From contig DASUCO010000070.1 in assembly GCA_036275955.1 (NCBI GenBank), forward strand, positions 1-43,004: DNA of 43,004 nt. The letters run 5' to 3'. Source of the stretch: Acidimicrobiales bacterium. GTDB lineage: Bacteria > Actinomycetota > Acidimicrobiia > Acidimicrobiales > CADCSY01. Position 1 is the first letter of the stretch, and each line of letters begins with the position of its first letter. The position numbers were made by a program, and so were the translations under genes. A model generated the notes under the pieces. The model was given only the letters and a program-made list of their open reading frames with translations, did not search any database and was not told where the DNA came from. Shown here piece by piece: positions 1-12,600 of this stretch.

Positions 1-3000
1 CCGCCAGGTCGTCCTGGTCGACGTGGCCATCGGCGACGATGCTCTCGAACGAGGCGAGCCCGGAGTCGAGCAGCGCGAGCAGCGAGACGTTGCCGCCGAC
101 CACCACGCCGGCCGCCGCGAGGTCGGCGGCGTTCACCGTCCCCGCCGTGGTGAGGGCGGATGCGGAGATGGAAACGTTGTTGAAGTCCTGCATGCGGAGC
201 AGGCCGTCCTCGGCCAGCTCCACCAGGTCGCCGAGGTTGTTGACGATCAGGTCGTCGGCGGCGACCAGGCCGGCATTGATCAGCTCGACGAGGTTGACCT
301 TCTGCACCAGGTCGCGCAGGTGCACCTCGTGCACGCTGATGAAGTTCCTGAGATCGCGGTCGGCATAGAGCACCGAGTTCTCGAGGTCGCGGATGTCGAG
401 GCCGATCGCCGGATCGGCGAGGTCGGTGGCGCGGACGAAGCCTTCCTTGATCAGCGCCGCGAGATCGACGCCCTCGAGGCCGAGTCCGGCCAGGGCGCGC
501 AGCCGGATGAAGGCCACGGGCTCGCCGTCGACATCCTGCTCGAAGGTCTTCGCGTCCGGGATGCTGACCGCGAAGCGCGCCTCGACGGCGGTCGCGTCGA
601 TGGCGATGTCGTTGAAGTCGAAGACGTCGATGAACTCGGTCTCGGCGTAGCGCTCGAGCTTGATGTTGCGGAAGAGCGGCGAGCCGAGGAGCGACGCCGT
701 ATTGCTCGCCGGGCCGAGCGGCACCGTGCCCCAGCGCACGATGTCGTTGAACTGGCCGCGCGTGAAGAGCGGGTTCGCCTCGAGCGTCGCCTGCTCGAAC
801 ACCTTGTCGACGAAGTCGTCGGCGGTGATCACGCCGGAGGCCACCAGGCGCGCGAGCGTCAGGTGGCTGTCGGCGAGCAGGTTCGCGAGGGTGATGCGCT
901 CGCTCGGATCGGCGGCCAGGTTGCCGTTCGCATCGGTGAACGGCAGATGTCCCTGGGCGAGGTAATGGTTGCCGATCACGTCGGACGCCAGCACGGCATC
1001 GAGCGAAACGACGAGGCCCGCCTTGAGCGCGCTTTCCGGAACCAGGCCCGCGGCGGCGAGCGCACGCAGCGTGACGACGCTGCCGTCGTAGAACCGGTCC
1101 GGGGTGATGAGGCCCTTCTCCACCACCGCGCTGAGGGTCGTAAGCCCGCTCGCGACCAGTGCCTCGACGTCCACCGGCCCCGTGCCGCCGAGGCCGGCGC
1201 CGGCGAGCGCCTTTTCGGCGATGGCGTTGGACGCCTTGAGCGCCGCGACGTCGACCGATTGGGCCGAAAGCAGCTGCGCGCTGCCAACCAGTCCCGCGCG
1301 CACGAGCTCGTGCAGCGTGACGAGCTGCAGCGCGAGCAGGTCGCGGATCGGAACGGTGTAGTCGGGCGTGCCCGCGATCAGGAGGCCGTTGTCGTCCAGC
1401 TTCTGCGCAGAGACGAGGCCGGACTTCAGAATGTCGTTCTCGGTGAGGTTGCCCGAGAGGTTGAAGTTCGCTTCCGTCAGCACGCCTTTGCCGACGAGGT
1501 CGGCGAGGGTCGTATGGCCGCCGGCGAGCAACGCCGACACCGGCACCCGGCCGGTCGCGGAGTCCGTGAGCGACGTGATGACCTGGGCTTCGAGCAGATC
1601 CGAGGCGAGGAGCGCCTCGCGCTCGACCGTGCCGAGCACGAAGAGATCGTCGAAGCGCAGCGTGCCGAGGTCGTCGACGAGGTCGTCCAGGTCGAGCAAC
1701 CCGACTTCCACCAGGCGCTGGAACGTGACGCCGGTGTGCTCGAAGAGCTTGTCGAGGGCGACGCGGTCGCCCTGCTGCACCAGGCCCCGCGATACGAGCT
1801 CGGCCCTGGTGGCGGCATCGAACTCGAACGTGTCGATGTCCTGCCGCGCGATGTCCTTGAGGTTGTCGTGCTTGAGGATGCCGAGCTCGGCGAGGTCCTT
1901 CAGCGACAGGTAGCCCGCGGCGATGAGCGCGGTCAGCTCGTGGCGCTCCGTCAGGCTGCGGTCGATGATCTTCGCGTCGAGCAGCTCCTGCATCGGCTTC
2001 GTGCCGAGCGGCGGCAGGTGCTCGTGCTTGACGATGTCGAAGTAGACGAGGTGGCGCAGCTTGATCGGGCTGTTTGCCACCAGCTGGTCGAGGTCGATCA
2101 CGCTGCCCGGGCCGATCAGGCCGCCGTGCGCCTGGATCTGCGTGAGCAGGCTGCTCGCGTTCGCCAGCAGGTCGGAGGACTGGATCTTGTCGAGCGCGAG
2201 GCTCGCGGGGCCGAGCACCTCGCTCGAGAAGAGCTCGGCCAGGTCGGCGATGCCGCTGTCGATCACGTCGAAGATCGGCACGTCGCGCAGCGTCAGGTCG
2301 CCGTCGGCGAGCAGGCCGCCGGTGGCGAGCGCGGCGAGGTCCGTAAGGCCGGAGTCGAGCAGCTCCTGGAGGTCGATGCCGTCCGTGGCGAGGTCTTCCA
2401 CCGCGAGGAGCCCGTCCGCGACGAGGTCGGCGAGGCTCACCAGCTCCTCGCCGAGCAGGGTGGCCAGGCTGAGGTTCGATATCTGCAGCGCCGAATTCGG
2501 GATGAGCGAGTGCTCGATCAACTCGCCGAGGCTCATCAGCCCCGAGTTGACCAGCTCATGCAGGGAGACGTTGCCGGCTTCGTCGACCAGGTCGCGATGG
2601 CGCAGCGCGAACTCGGTGACCCGTTGCGTGCCCGTCAGCTGCGCGACGGTGAAGGCGAGATCCTCGAAATCGGCGAGCGCGGCGACGCCCTCTTCCACCA
2701 GCCGGTCGAGCGTGACCCTCGCGTTGCCGAGCAGCGTGTCGAGCGGAACCAGGGTCGAGGGGTCGAAGTCCGCGGCGCCCAGGAGGTGCTCATCGAGGAG
2801 CTGGCCCAGCGTGATGCCGGCGCCGTTGACCAGCTGCTCGATGAACACCAGCGTGTGCGCGGCGAAGTCGCTGGCGTCGACCAGGCCCGCGTCGATCAGC
2901 TGCTGCAGCGTGGCGACGCCGTTCTCCAGGAGATCGCCCAGCCCGATCGCGTCGACGGCGAGATCCGCGGCGTCGAGCACGTTCGTGCTGAACAGCTCGT

Positions 3001-3620
3001 CCAGCGTCGTCAGGCCCGAGTCGAGGAGCTGCTGGACCGGGACGAGGTCCACTTCCTGAATGAAGGTGGTGAGGTCGACGCCGAAGTCGGCGAAGCTCTC
3101 CGCGATGCGGTTGATCTCCTGCACGATCGGCAGGCCGCTGGCGATCGAGTTGAGCGTGACGTACTCGGCCTCGACGAGGTCGGCCAGCCGGGCGAGGCCG
3201 GCGCGCAGCAGGGCGTCGAGGTCGACCTCCTCCTCGTCGAGCTCCTCCTTCTCCAGCGCCTTGCGGCCGATGATGCCGGAGCTGACGAGCGGCGCGAGGT
3301 CGATCTTGTCCCAGTCGATCACCGAGTCCAGGGTGATGAGCCCCATGTCGATGAGCCGCGCGATGCTGAGGAAGCCCTCGTCGATCAGCCTGTCCGGGTC
3401 GACCACGTCGCCCACCACCACCAGGCCTTCGCGCACCATCGCCTCGAGGTCGATGCGGCCGAGCGCGTCGAGGTCGTCGAGGCTGAAGCGGTCGAGGTCC
3501 ACGGTGAAGGCGAGCGGGACCTTGATTTCCTGGGTGGCCGGGTTGTAGGTGACGCGCTGCCCGTCGGCCAGCAGGCCCTTGCGCGAGAGCTCCGCCACCA
3601 GGTCCTGCAGCGAGCGCAGG
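1..3620 (-). repeat. Array of at least 26 degenerate helical-hairpin motifs (h-h-x-x-G-h-x-[ST/D]-h-x-[DEQ]-h) that runs off the window
   Basis: Translated examples: LIDMGLITLDSVI, LLRAGLARLADLV, LLDSGLTTLDELF, LLENGVATLQQLI, LIDAGLVDASDFA, LVNSGLMSLGELI, LVADGLLAVEDLA, LIAAGYLSLKDLA, LLAGGHTTLADLV, LVASGVITADDFV, LIKEGFVRATDLA, LINAGLVAADDLI, LAEDGLLRMQDFN, LLDSGLASFESIV. Spacing is irregular (13-35 aa). I verified nt 2..420 and 3181..3300 codon by codon. Confidence 0.6.
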
Positions 3621-6600
3621 CGCTCGAAGTCGATCTTCGACAGCACCGCGGCGTCGAACGCCGGGCCGAAGTCCAGGGTGCGGGCGAGGTCGCTGTCGAC
3701 GAACGGGATGGCGAGGTTGAAGCCGCCGGTGGCGGTGTAGTTCTCGAGCCAGTCGTTGCGCAGCCGCAGCAGCTTCTGGTGGAAGTCCTCGACCGTAAGG
3801 CTGGTGAAGCCGGCGAGGTTGGACAGGTTCGTCGGGACGAAGCTCGGCGTCACCGTGCCGCGGCCGCGGCCGACGAAGAAGTCGCCCGTGATGCTGATGC
3901 TCGCCGCCGCACCCTGGTTCACGTCCTCGCCCGCGAGCCAGGCATAGAGCGGCAGCGTCATGTTGAGGTTGCTCACCGAGTTGGCGAGCGGGTCGTACAC
4001 CAGGCTGTACGCCGAGCCGAAGCCGACATCGACGTGCATGTCCATCGTGATCGAGCCCTTGAGCCCGCGCGGATGGCCCGCCGTCGCCTCGAGGTCGCCG
4101 ATCATCACCGGGATGACGAGGTTGCTGGCGCTCGCCACGACGTCGAACTCGAGCTGGTCGAGGTCCCACTCGGCTTTCTGGTGGCCGGCGGCCCAGTCGA
4201 CCTCGAAGGCGAAGTCGAACTCGGTGTCGAAATCGGCGTTGATCCTGACGAACGCCGGGCCGACGCCCTGCACCGGCTCGGACAGCCCGACCGGCACCTG
4301 CTTCACGTAGTCGGCGTCGCCCTCGAAGTCGAGGCCGAAGCCGGTGATCCTGCCGCCGCGCTTGATGAACGTGAGGTCGACGCGGTCGCCGACGCCCTCG
4401 CCGGCGAGCACGGTCGGGAACCAGTTCGCCTCCAGGTAGTCGAGGAAGCCGGCGATGCTCGCGCTGCCCTCGCCGTCGAGGTAGGCGGTGATGTGCGTGC
4501 CGAGGTCGAGGTACGCCGAGATGCCGAACAGCTCGTCGAGCGTGACGTCGGTCGCCGCGATCTTGTCGGCGGTGACCGCCGGGTTGGCGGCGAGGAAGTC
4601 CGCTTTGAGTCCGTCGATCTCGGCGGCGAGCGCGGCGAGCTGCTGCTCGAGCGGCTCGGCCTCGACGCCGGAGACCTGCTCGAGGTCGAGTACGCCGAGG
4701 CGCGTCATCACCTTGCGCACATCGGCGCGGCCGGCCGAGACGCTGCTGCCGCCCTGCGTCTTGAACTCGGCGCGCCCGGTGGCGCTCATGCTGCCGGTGA
4801 GGCTGGTGGTGACGCCCGAGAAGTCGAGGGTCGAGCCGCCGCCGGCGTCGGTGATGCGGTCCTGTCCCCAGGCGCTGCCGAAGGCGTAGAAGTCGCCGCC
4901 GGTGCCGCCGTCGAGCCGGTCGTTGCCGCCGCCGCCGGAGAGCACGTCGTTGCCCGCGCCGGCGATCAGCGAGTCGCCGCCCGCGCCGCCGCTGAGCTGG
5001 TCGTTGCCCGCGCCGGTGGTAAGGCGGTCGTTGCCGGCGCCGCCCACCGCGACGATGCGCTGGGTCGAGCGGCTGCCGTCCAGCGTATCGACGCCGTCGC
5101 CGCCGTCGAACTGGGTCTCGCCCGAAGAGCCGCCGGTGCCGGTGATGAGCGTGTCGTCGCCCGCCTCGCCGAGGAACTCTATGGTGATGCCGCTCGTCGC
5201 CGAGGCGTCGATCTTGTCGTTGCCGATGCCGCCGTGCGCGACCACCTTGGTCACGCCGGAATAGGTGTGGCTCCAGCCGCCCTTCGCCGGGTCGCCGAAG
5301 GTGACCGTGAGCGCGCCGCTACCGCCGGAAAGGACGAAGGTCTCGGGTCCGTCCTCCACGGTGAACGTCATGCCGGCGGTGACGCCGCCGCCGAAGAGCG
5401 GATTGCGCTGCTCGGCGCGGTCGCCCATGTTGAGGGTCAACGTGCCGCCGGCCTGCTCGCCGAGCTTCAGCAGGTCGGCCTGCGGCGCGTTGTACTCCCA
5501 GTCGAAGAGGTTGAACCTGAGCAGGTTCATGTACCAGGCGTGGCCGTGGTCGTCCTCGTCGAAGCCGACCGCGTCGGCGAATACGAAGATCTCGGCGTCT
5601 AGCGAGGCGTCGATGTTGACGAGATTGAGCAGGCCGCCGAGCGAGCCGAGGTCGAAGAACGGTTCGTCGTCGGGCAGCGTGGCCTCGTCATCCTGCTCGG
5701 GCGGCGGCGCGGTGACGTCCTCGGTCTCGTGCTGCGCCATCAGCAGCAGCTCCGAGACGCGGATCTTGCCGTCGTGGACCAGGTCCATGAGGTCGAAGTC
5801 CGCGTTGAAGACGAGCTGCCCGCCCACGCCCACTTCGGCGGCCAGGGCGTCGAACGACGCCTCGATGCCGAGCGACATCTCGACGCCGAACTCCGGCGCG
5901 TCGACGCCGGAGTTCTGCACGCCGTTGTCGCTCACGTAGAAGCCGTCGAGCGCGTCCCAGTAGTTGTCCGACGCCATGGCCTTGCGGATGCCGAAGGTGT
6001 CGTAGCCGAACGTGAGATCGGCGAAGGCCTTGAAATTGCCGACGGCCGTCACGTCGAAGCTGAGGAACGAGATGACCGGCACCGGAATGCTGAAGAGCAG
6101 CTGGCTCAGCCGGACATCCACCTCGAAGAGCGGCATCTCGTAGGTGAAGAGGTCCGCCTCGCCGCCCGAGAGCAGCTGCGCCCAGTTCTGCAAGTCGAAG
6201 AGGTGCAGCTCGAAGCCATCGCGCGGCGTGGCGCTGGCGCGCAGCTCGCGGCCGCTGCGCTCGCCGCGCCCTTTGTCGCGCAGCTCCTCGAGGTGCGAGG
6301 CGAGCTGCGTCGGCGCGCCGCCGCTCGCGCCGCTCGCCGTGGCGCGCCCCGTCTGGGCATTGAACGACAGGTTGCCGAGCGGAATGTACGTCTCGCCCGG
6401 CTCGTCGACGCTCGCCTGGATGGCGAGCACCGTGTCGACCAGCTCGAGCATGTTCTGCGCGGCGTAGACGAAGTTCCAGTTGTTGTCGCGCCCGCTGGCG
6501 AGGTCGATGATGTCCATCAGGTCGACCGTGCCGTTGTCGTTCACGTCGAACGCGTCGTGCACCAGCTGCATGACGTCGTCGTCGGGGCCCGGGACCGGGA

Positions 6601-9600
6601 TGATCTCGAAGGTGAGCGCATCGATCACCGGCTCGATCGGGCGCAGCGTGTCGCGGATCTGGGCGGCTATCGGCAGCAGGAAGTCCGCCACCGCGGAGCC
6701 GAGCTCGATGCGCAGGTTGTTGAGGCCGATCGACGGCGCGGTCACCGCTTCGCCGAGCTCCCAGTGCCAGTCGAGGTCGAGGTCGCCCTTGAGCTTCGGC
6801 AGCAGGCTCGCCTGCCTCTCGCCAGCCGCGGTGTCGATCTCGAGGCCCTTGTTGACCTCGAGCGTGAGGCCGAGGGTCACGTCGGCGTCCACTGTCAGGT
6901 CCAGGTCGAAGGCGCTGCCCGGCCGCGACAGCGCCTCGTCGAGCGTCAGGCGGCGGTCGGCGCCGCCATCGAGGTCGAGCGTAAGCGCGCCTTCCAGCGT
7001 GCTGGGTGTGCCGCCATCGTCGGCGGTGACGTCGAAGAAGAGGAAACTGCCGCTCGCGCTGAACGGGTCGGGCACGTCGGGCGTGGAGGTGTCACCGTCG
7101 AGGAAGGCGCTGATCTCGACGCCGATCTCCGCCTCGTCTTTGGTGGCGACGTAGAAGCCGTCGCTCAGGCTGATGCCGAAGCCGAGGTCGAAGTACCACT
7201 CCATGACCGCCGACAGGCCGCCGTCCACGTCCAGGCCGAAGCCGGGCAGGTCGAGGTCGAGCGGGATGTCGAAGCCTTCGCTGAAGATATTGCCGCCGAG
7301 CTTGAGATCGAACTGCAGCGAGTCGGCGTCGACCGGCACGGTCTGCCCCGGCTCCCAGGCCTGGATGACGGTGCCGTTTTCGCGCCGCCACTTGATGCCG
7401 ATGTCGCTGATGTCGACCGCGCCGTCGCCGTTCGAATCGCGCAGGATGCCCAGCCCGCCCGACCCGCTGCGCAGCACGCCCCACAGCACGTCGCGGATCG
7501 CCTCGATCGGCGTGGTCTCGTCGAAGTACTGCTGCAGGTCCTCGAGCAGGCCGGTGCGGATGCCGCTGACGAAGTCGCCCATCGCGGCGAGGTCGTCGCC
7601 CACGAGCGGCAGGTCGGCCGCCCAGCCGGAATCGAGCACGTCGCTCACCGTGCCGAGCAGGAAGTCGATGCCTTCCAGCATGAAGGACGGATCGTTCAGC
7701 ATGGCGAGCAGCGAGAACTCGCCGAACAAACGCTCGAAGGTGCCGACGACGTCCGGGAAGTCGATCACCACCGGATCGGCGCCGCTCGACGTCGCGCCGT
7801 TCACGAAGAAGTTGTAGAGCTCCTCGAGCCCGTTGGCGCCGAACGCCGGGTTGGTCGAGACGCTGAAGCTGCCGAGTGGCAGCGTGGCGTCGCCGTTGAC
7901 GATGGAGAGCGGCAGGTCGACGCTCATGCGACCCTGCAGGTCGAACTCGAGCGCGTCGCCGATCGGGTCGCCGACCTCGTAATCCTCGGTGAAGGCGACC
8001 GTGAAGGTCGCCATGTCGGAGGTGGTGGCGGCGTTGCCGTCGCCGTCGAAGGCGACGCGGCCGCCGGTCACGCCGGCCGAGATCGGGCCGATGTCGAAGG
8101 CGAGCGAGAGGTCGGTGCCGAGCACCTGCGCGCCGACCTGCAGGCGCGTGCCCTTGCCCGTGGTCTCGTCGTAGCGGCGCAGCTTCGCCACCGGCGCGCC
8201 GCCGGTGGCGAGCGGCAGGAGGCTCAGCTCGACCGCGGCGTCGAGGGTGACCTGGGCGCCGAGGTGCAGGTTGCCCTGCGTGTCGAGCGCGAGGCGGTCG
8301 CCGAGGATGTCGAGGTCGCCGAGCGCCGAGAGGTCCAGGCCGTCCATGCCGGCGAGCGAGGCGAGGTCGAAGCTGAACTGCACGTCCTCGGAGAACGAGC
8401 GAGTCCACTCGAAATCGACCACCAGCGCCATCGTCTCGAGGTCGAAGTCGATCTCGAGGGCCGAGGCCGGCAGGCCGAGCGCCTCCTCGATCGCGAGCTC
8501 GACCGCGCCGAGCGCATCGGGCGCCACCTGCCCCGCCCGCTCGACGCGCGCGGCGAAGTCGTCGATGAAGTCGACCGCGTCGGCGAGCGAGCGGTTGATG
8601 ACCGGGATCGGCTGGTTGAAGTACTCGTTGCCCTCGAGCGAGTCGGTGACGAACTCGACGATGCCCTGCAGGCCCGACACCACCAGGGAGTAGCCGACCA
8701 TCACCTCGTAGTCGACGGCAGCGCCGGCCTCGAACATCCGCACGGTGATGAGCGGGTCGGTCCCCTCCAGCGTGAAGTCGCCGGCGCTGAGGCTCATCAA
8801 CTCCAGGGTCGCCTCGGACTCTTCCAGCGTGGCGACGAAGCTGCCGTCGATGACGAACTCGTCGCCGATCTGCAGCCCGCCGGAGATCATGAGCTTCAGG
8901 TACTCGCCGGCCGCGATCACTTTCGCCGGATCGGCGTCGAGCGGCGTCACGGTCACCGCCTCGCCGGTGGAATTCAGCTCGAAGTCGACGGTGGCGCTCG
9001 TCAGGGAGAGCGGCAGGCTGCCGAAGTCGATGCCGTCCGGCACGGTGAGCGTGCCGAAGCCGGCGATGCCCTCGTCGGCGATGCGCAGCGTGCCGCCGCC
9101 CTGCAGCGTCATCAGCGTCGAGCCGCCGACCGCGATGGGCACGGAGATCGAGTCGGCGTCCAGCGTGATGACCGAGTGGCCGCTTTCGTCGACCACGCGC
9201 AGCCCGACATCCTGGCCGGTCACCGTCTGGCCGAGCACCTCGAGCCCAAGCTGGCCCGCGGTGACCTGGAAATACGGGTTCGGACCGGCGAGCGTGACCG
9301 ACTCCTGCGTGCCGTCGCCGTCGCTGTCGATGCTGAGCACGACGTCCGGCCCGGACATCGTGCGCACCTCGATGGCGAGGTCCGTTGCCGAGACGCTCAC
9401 CTGCGGCAGGCCGGTCAGCGCGACGCTGTCGAAGCTTGCCTTGCCGGCGACGCCGTCTTCGTTGATCACCAGCGTCCCGGCGCCGCCGCTCGCCGTCAGC
9501 CGCGTGCCGCCGGCGCTCAACGTCGTGGACAGCCCGGAACCGGTGAGGCGCAGCTCGGCCGCCGTCGCCTCGAGGGCGAGGTTGCCGCCGAGCGACTGGC

Positions 9601-12600
9601 CGAGCACATTGATCGCCACGTCCTCGCCCGAAAGGCGCAGGTACGGGCCCGCCTGGACGTCGACGCTGATCGTGCCGGTGCCGACCGTGGCCTCGAGATC
9701 GACCGCCGCGCTCGTGCTGTTCAGCTCGACGCCGAAGCGCCCTTCGAGGGAGAAATCGGCGCCCGCGGCGGCCGCGACCGTCGCGGAAAGGCTGCCGGCG
9801 ATGCCGTCGGTGGTGATGAGGAAGGCCCCGGAAGCATTCGTCACTTCGACCAGCGCCTCGCCGCCCGCCGAGAGGGTCATGCCGGCGTCGTACGCGCTGA
9901 CCACCACGACGGGGCTGCCGCCCGCCGTCGAAGCCTCGAGCGAGAAGTTGCCGGAGAGCGCCTGCGCCGAGCCGCCGGCAGGCGTATAGGTGAGGGTCGC
10001 CTCCTCCGCCGCAACGCGCACGTACGGCCCGGCCGCGAGATCCAGGGTCTGCGGCCCGCTGCCGAGGTCGATGGTCTCGTGCTGGTGCGTGCCGGTGGTG
10101 TTCACCGCCACGGTGAAGTCGCCGGTGAAGCTCACCGAGCTGTGCGTCACCGCGATGTCGGCGCTCGCCTGTCCGAAGAAGCCGCTGCTGGTAAAGACGA
10201 AGGTGCCATCGCCGTTTTCCACCGAAACGGTCGGCACGCCGAAGTCGATCGCGACGCCGTCGGCCTGCAGCGTGACGATCGGGTCTTCGTCCTCGCGCAC
10301 GTCGGCGCGCAACGCGAAGGCGCCGCGCAGAGTGCGGCCGCTCGCGAACGTGAGGCCGCTGCTTCCGGTGCTGACGTTCACCTGGGCGAAGCGCGTCCCG
10401 GCGCGCGTGTCGAAGGCGAGCGCGGCATTCGCCACAACGAGCGCCATGTCGGCGATCTCGGGCCCCTGGGCCAGCGTGACGTCGAACCCGCCCCACAGCC
10501 CTTCCGCGGCGATGTTGAGCTCGCCGGCGCCCGTGAACTCGGCCACCCGCGCGGCGCCGGCGCGCAGGGTGTAGACGAGATCGGCCACCGAGAGGTGCAC
10601 CGTCGTGGCGTCGCCGGAATTCACCTGCAGGGTAAAGACGCCGTCGAGCTCCTGCTCGAGGGCAGTGAGCTGGCCGTCGACGATCAGGCGGTAGAAGTCC
10701 TGCCCGCCGGTCCTGACCAGGTTCACCGGCGTGCCGTTGATCAACGTGACGTCCTCGTCCATGGTGTTGAACTCGACCGTCACCGTCGTGCCGTCGAGCT
10801 CGACCCCATCGAGGTCGGGGCCGTCCTCCAGCGTCATGGACATGCTGGCGGCGACGCCCGTGGACTTGATCTGCAGTGCCCCGCTGCCGGAAAGTCGCGC
10901 GAAGCGCCAGCCGTCGGAGGTGAGGTCGAGGCGCGTGATGCCGGCGTTGACCGAGATGACGGTGTCGTCGCCGTCGACCACCAGCAGGTCGAACGTGCCC
11001 TCGAGCTCCTGGTCGAACGCGGTCAGGCTGCCCGCGATCGTTACGCCGAACACGTTCGCCACGCCGGTGGTATCGACGTGCAGCGTGGCCGTGCCCTCGA
11101 TGTCGAGCCCCTCGATGTCCGGGCCGGCGAGGAGATCGATGCTGAACGAGCCGGCGATGCCGTCCGCCGTGTAGACGAAGTCGCCCGTGCCGTTGCCGAA
11201 ATGGGCCACCCGGGTGCCGCCGGCGGTGAGCTCGAGCGTGTCGACTTCGACGTGGATCAGCGTCTGCGCGCTCTGGGCCGAGCCGCTGCGCTGGAGCACG
11301 AACCCGCCCTCGAGCGTCTGCCCCATCGCCACGAGAGTGCCGTCCACCGCGACGGTGATGTCGGGCGCGTCGCCGCTGAACACGTCTTCCGTGCTGACGG
11401 CGACGTGTCCGTCGCCGTGGAGCTCGAAGTCGGCGAAGCCGGTGATGTCGGCGGCGAGATCCAGCGAAGCGCTGAATGTGCCTTCCGAGGTGGCGGTGAA
11501 GACGCCGCTCACCGGCGTGGTGCGATCGACGACCGCGGTCAGAACGCTTTCGGTGATCTGCCCGGTGGAGGACAGGCCGACCTTTGCATTCAGGGCCATG
11601 GTGCCGTTCTGCAGCGCGACGTTGGCGCCGATCTCGTCGAACGAGATATCGAAGCCGAGGCCCGACACGCCGACGTCGACCCCGGCGTCGAAATCGTGCA
11701 CCTGCAGGAAGAATTGCCCGCCGCCATCGAGGCCGAACGACAGGTCGAGCGCGACGGTGGCACGGAAGTCGACCTCCGCGCCGGTGAAGTTGATGCCGAG
11801 GAGGGGCGCGCTGCCCGGATCGAGCTCGACGCTGTCCTCGCGCGTGGCGGTGAGCGCGACGCGATAGTTGGGCGAGACCAGGTCGTACGTGCCGATCACG
11901 CTCAGGACGTCGATCGTGAAGCCGCCGACCTCCGTGCCGTCGAGGCCCTCGAGGAACTTGGTGATGCGCGTCTGCACTTCCAGCACCGCCGCGTTCGGAT
12001 CGGGAATCGTGGCGTCGATGGAGTCGGTCAGCGTCGACTGGATGGCGCCGTCGATGTCGGCCAGCTGACCGATGCTCGCCTGCTCGGTCGTCGTGGTGCT
12101 TGCGGTGGTGAGGAGCTCGGCGCTGCCGCCCTCGTCTGCGGCGAAGAAGGAATCGAGCTCGGCGGCAGCGAAGGCCATCAGGCCCATCGCTTCCGGATCC
12201 TCCTCGGGCAGCTCGTCGCCCGCCGGCGCCTTCACGAAGGGCAGCTTGATCGCGTATTGGACTGCCTCGCCGACGGCCTCGAACACGGCCTTCACCAGGC
12301 CGCCGCCGCCCTTCAGCTCCGTGGCGGTGCTGGTCGTGAGCTGGGAGGCCTGCACCACGTCGAGGTAGTAGCCATCCGCCGCCACGCGCGGGACGAAGGC
12401 CAGGTTGGTGCCGATCGCGGTGCCGAGGAAGTACTGGAAATTCCCGCTGATGGAAGTCGAGTCGATGATCTTGAAGCTGTCGCCGACGGTCGGCACGAAG
12501 CCGTTCCACGACACGATCTGCAGCCGCCCGCCGAGCTGGACCGGGCCGCTGACCACGAACTGGTCGTGCGATCCGCTGGTGTTGCCCGGGCTCGTGCCGC

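Noticed and set aside
23-5602. Plus-strand ORF of 1,859 aa (longest listed feature at the left end)
   Set aside because: It is the codon-aligned antisense shadow of the unlisted minus-strand gene. The product is E/R/D/H/V-rich with no motifs, whereas the complementary frame gives RTX repeats and coherent repeat motifs. Its TAG stop (5600..5602) is a Leu codon on the real strand.
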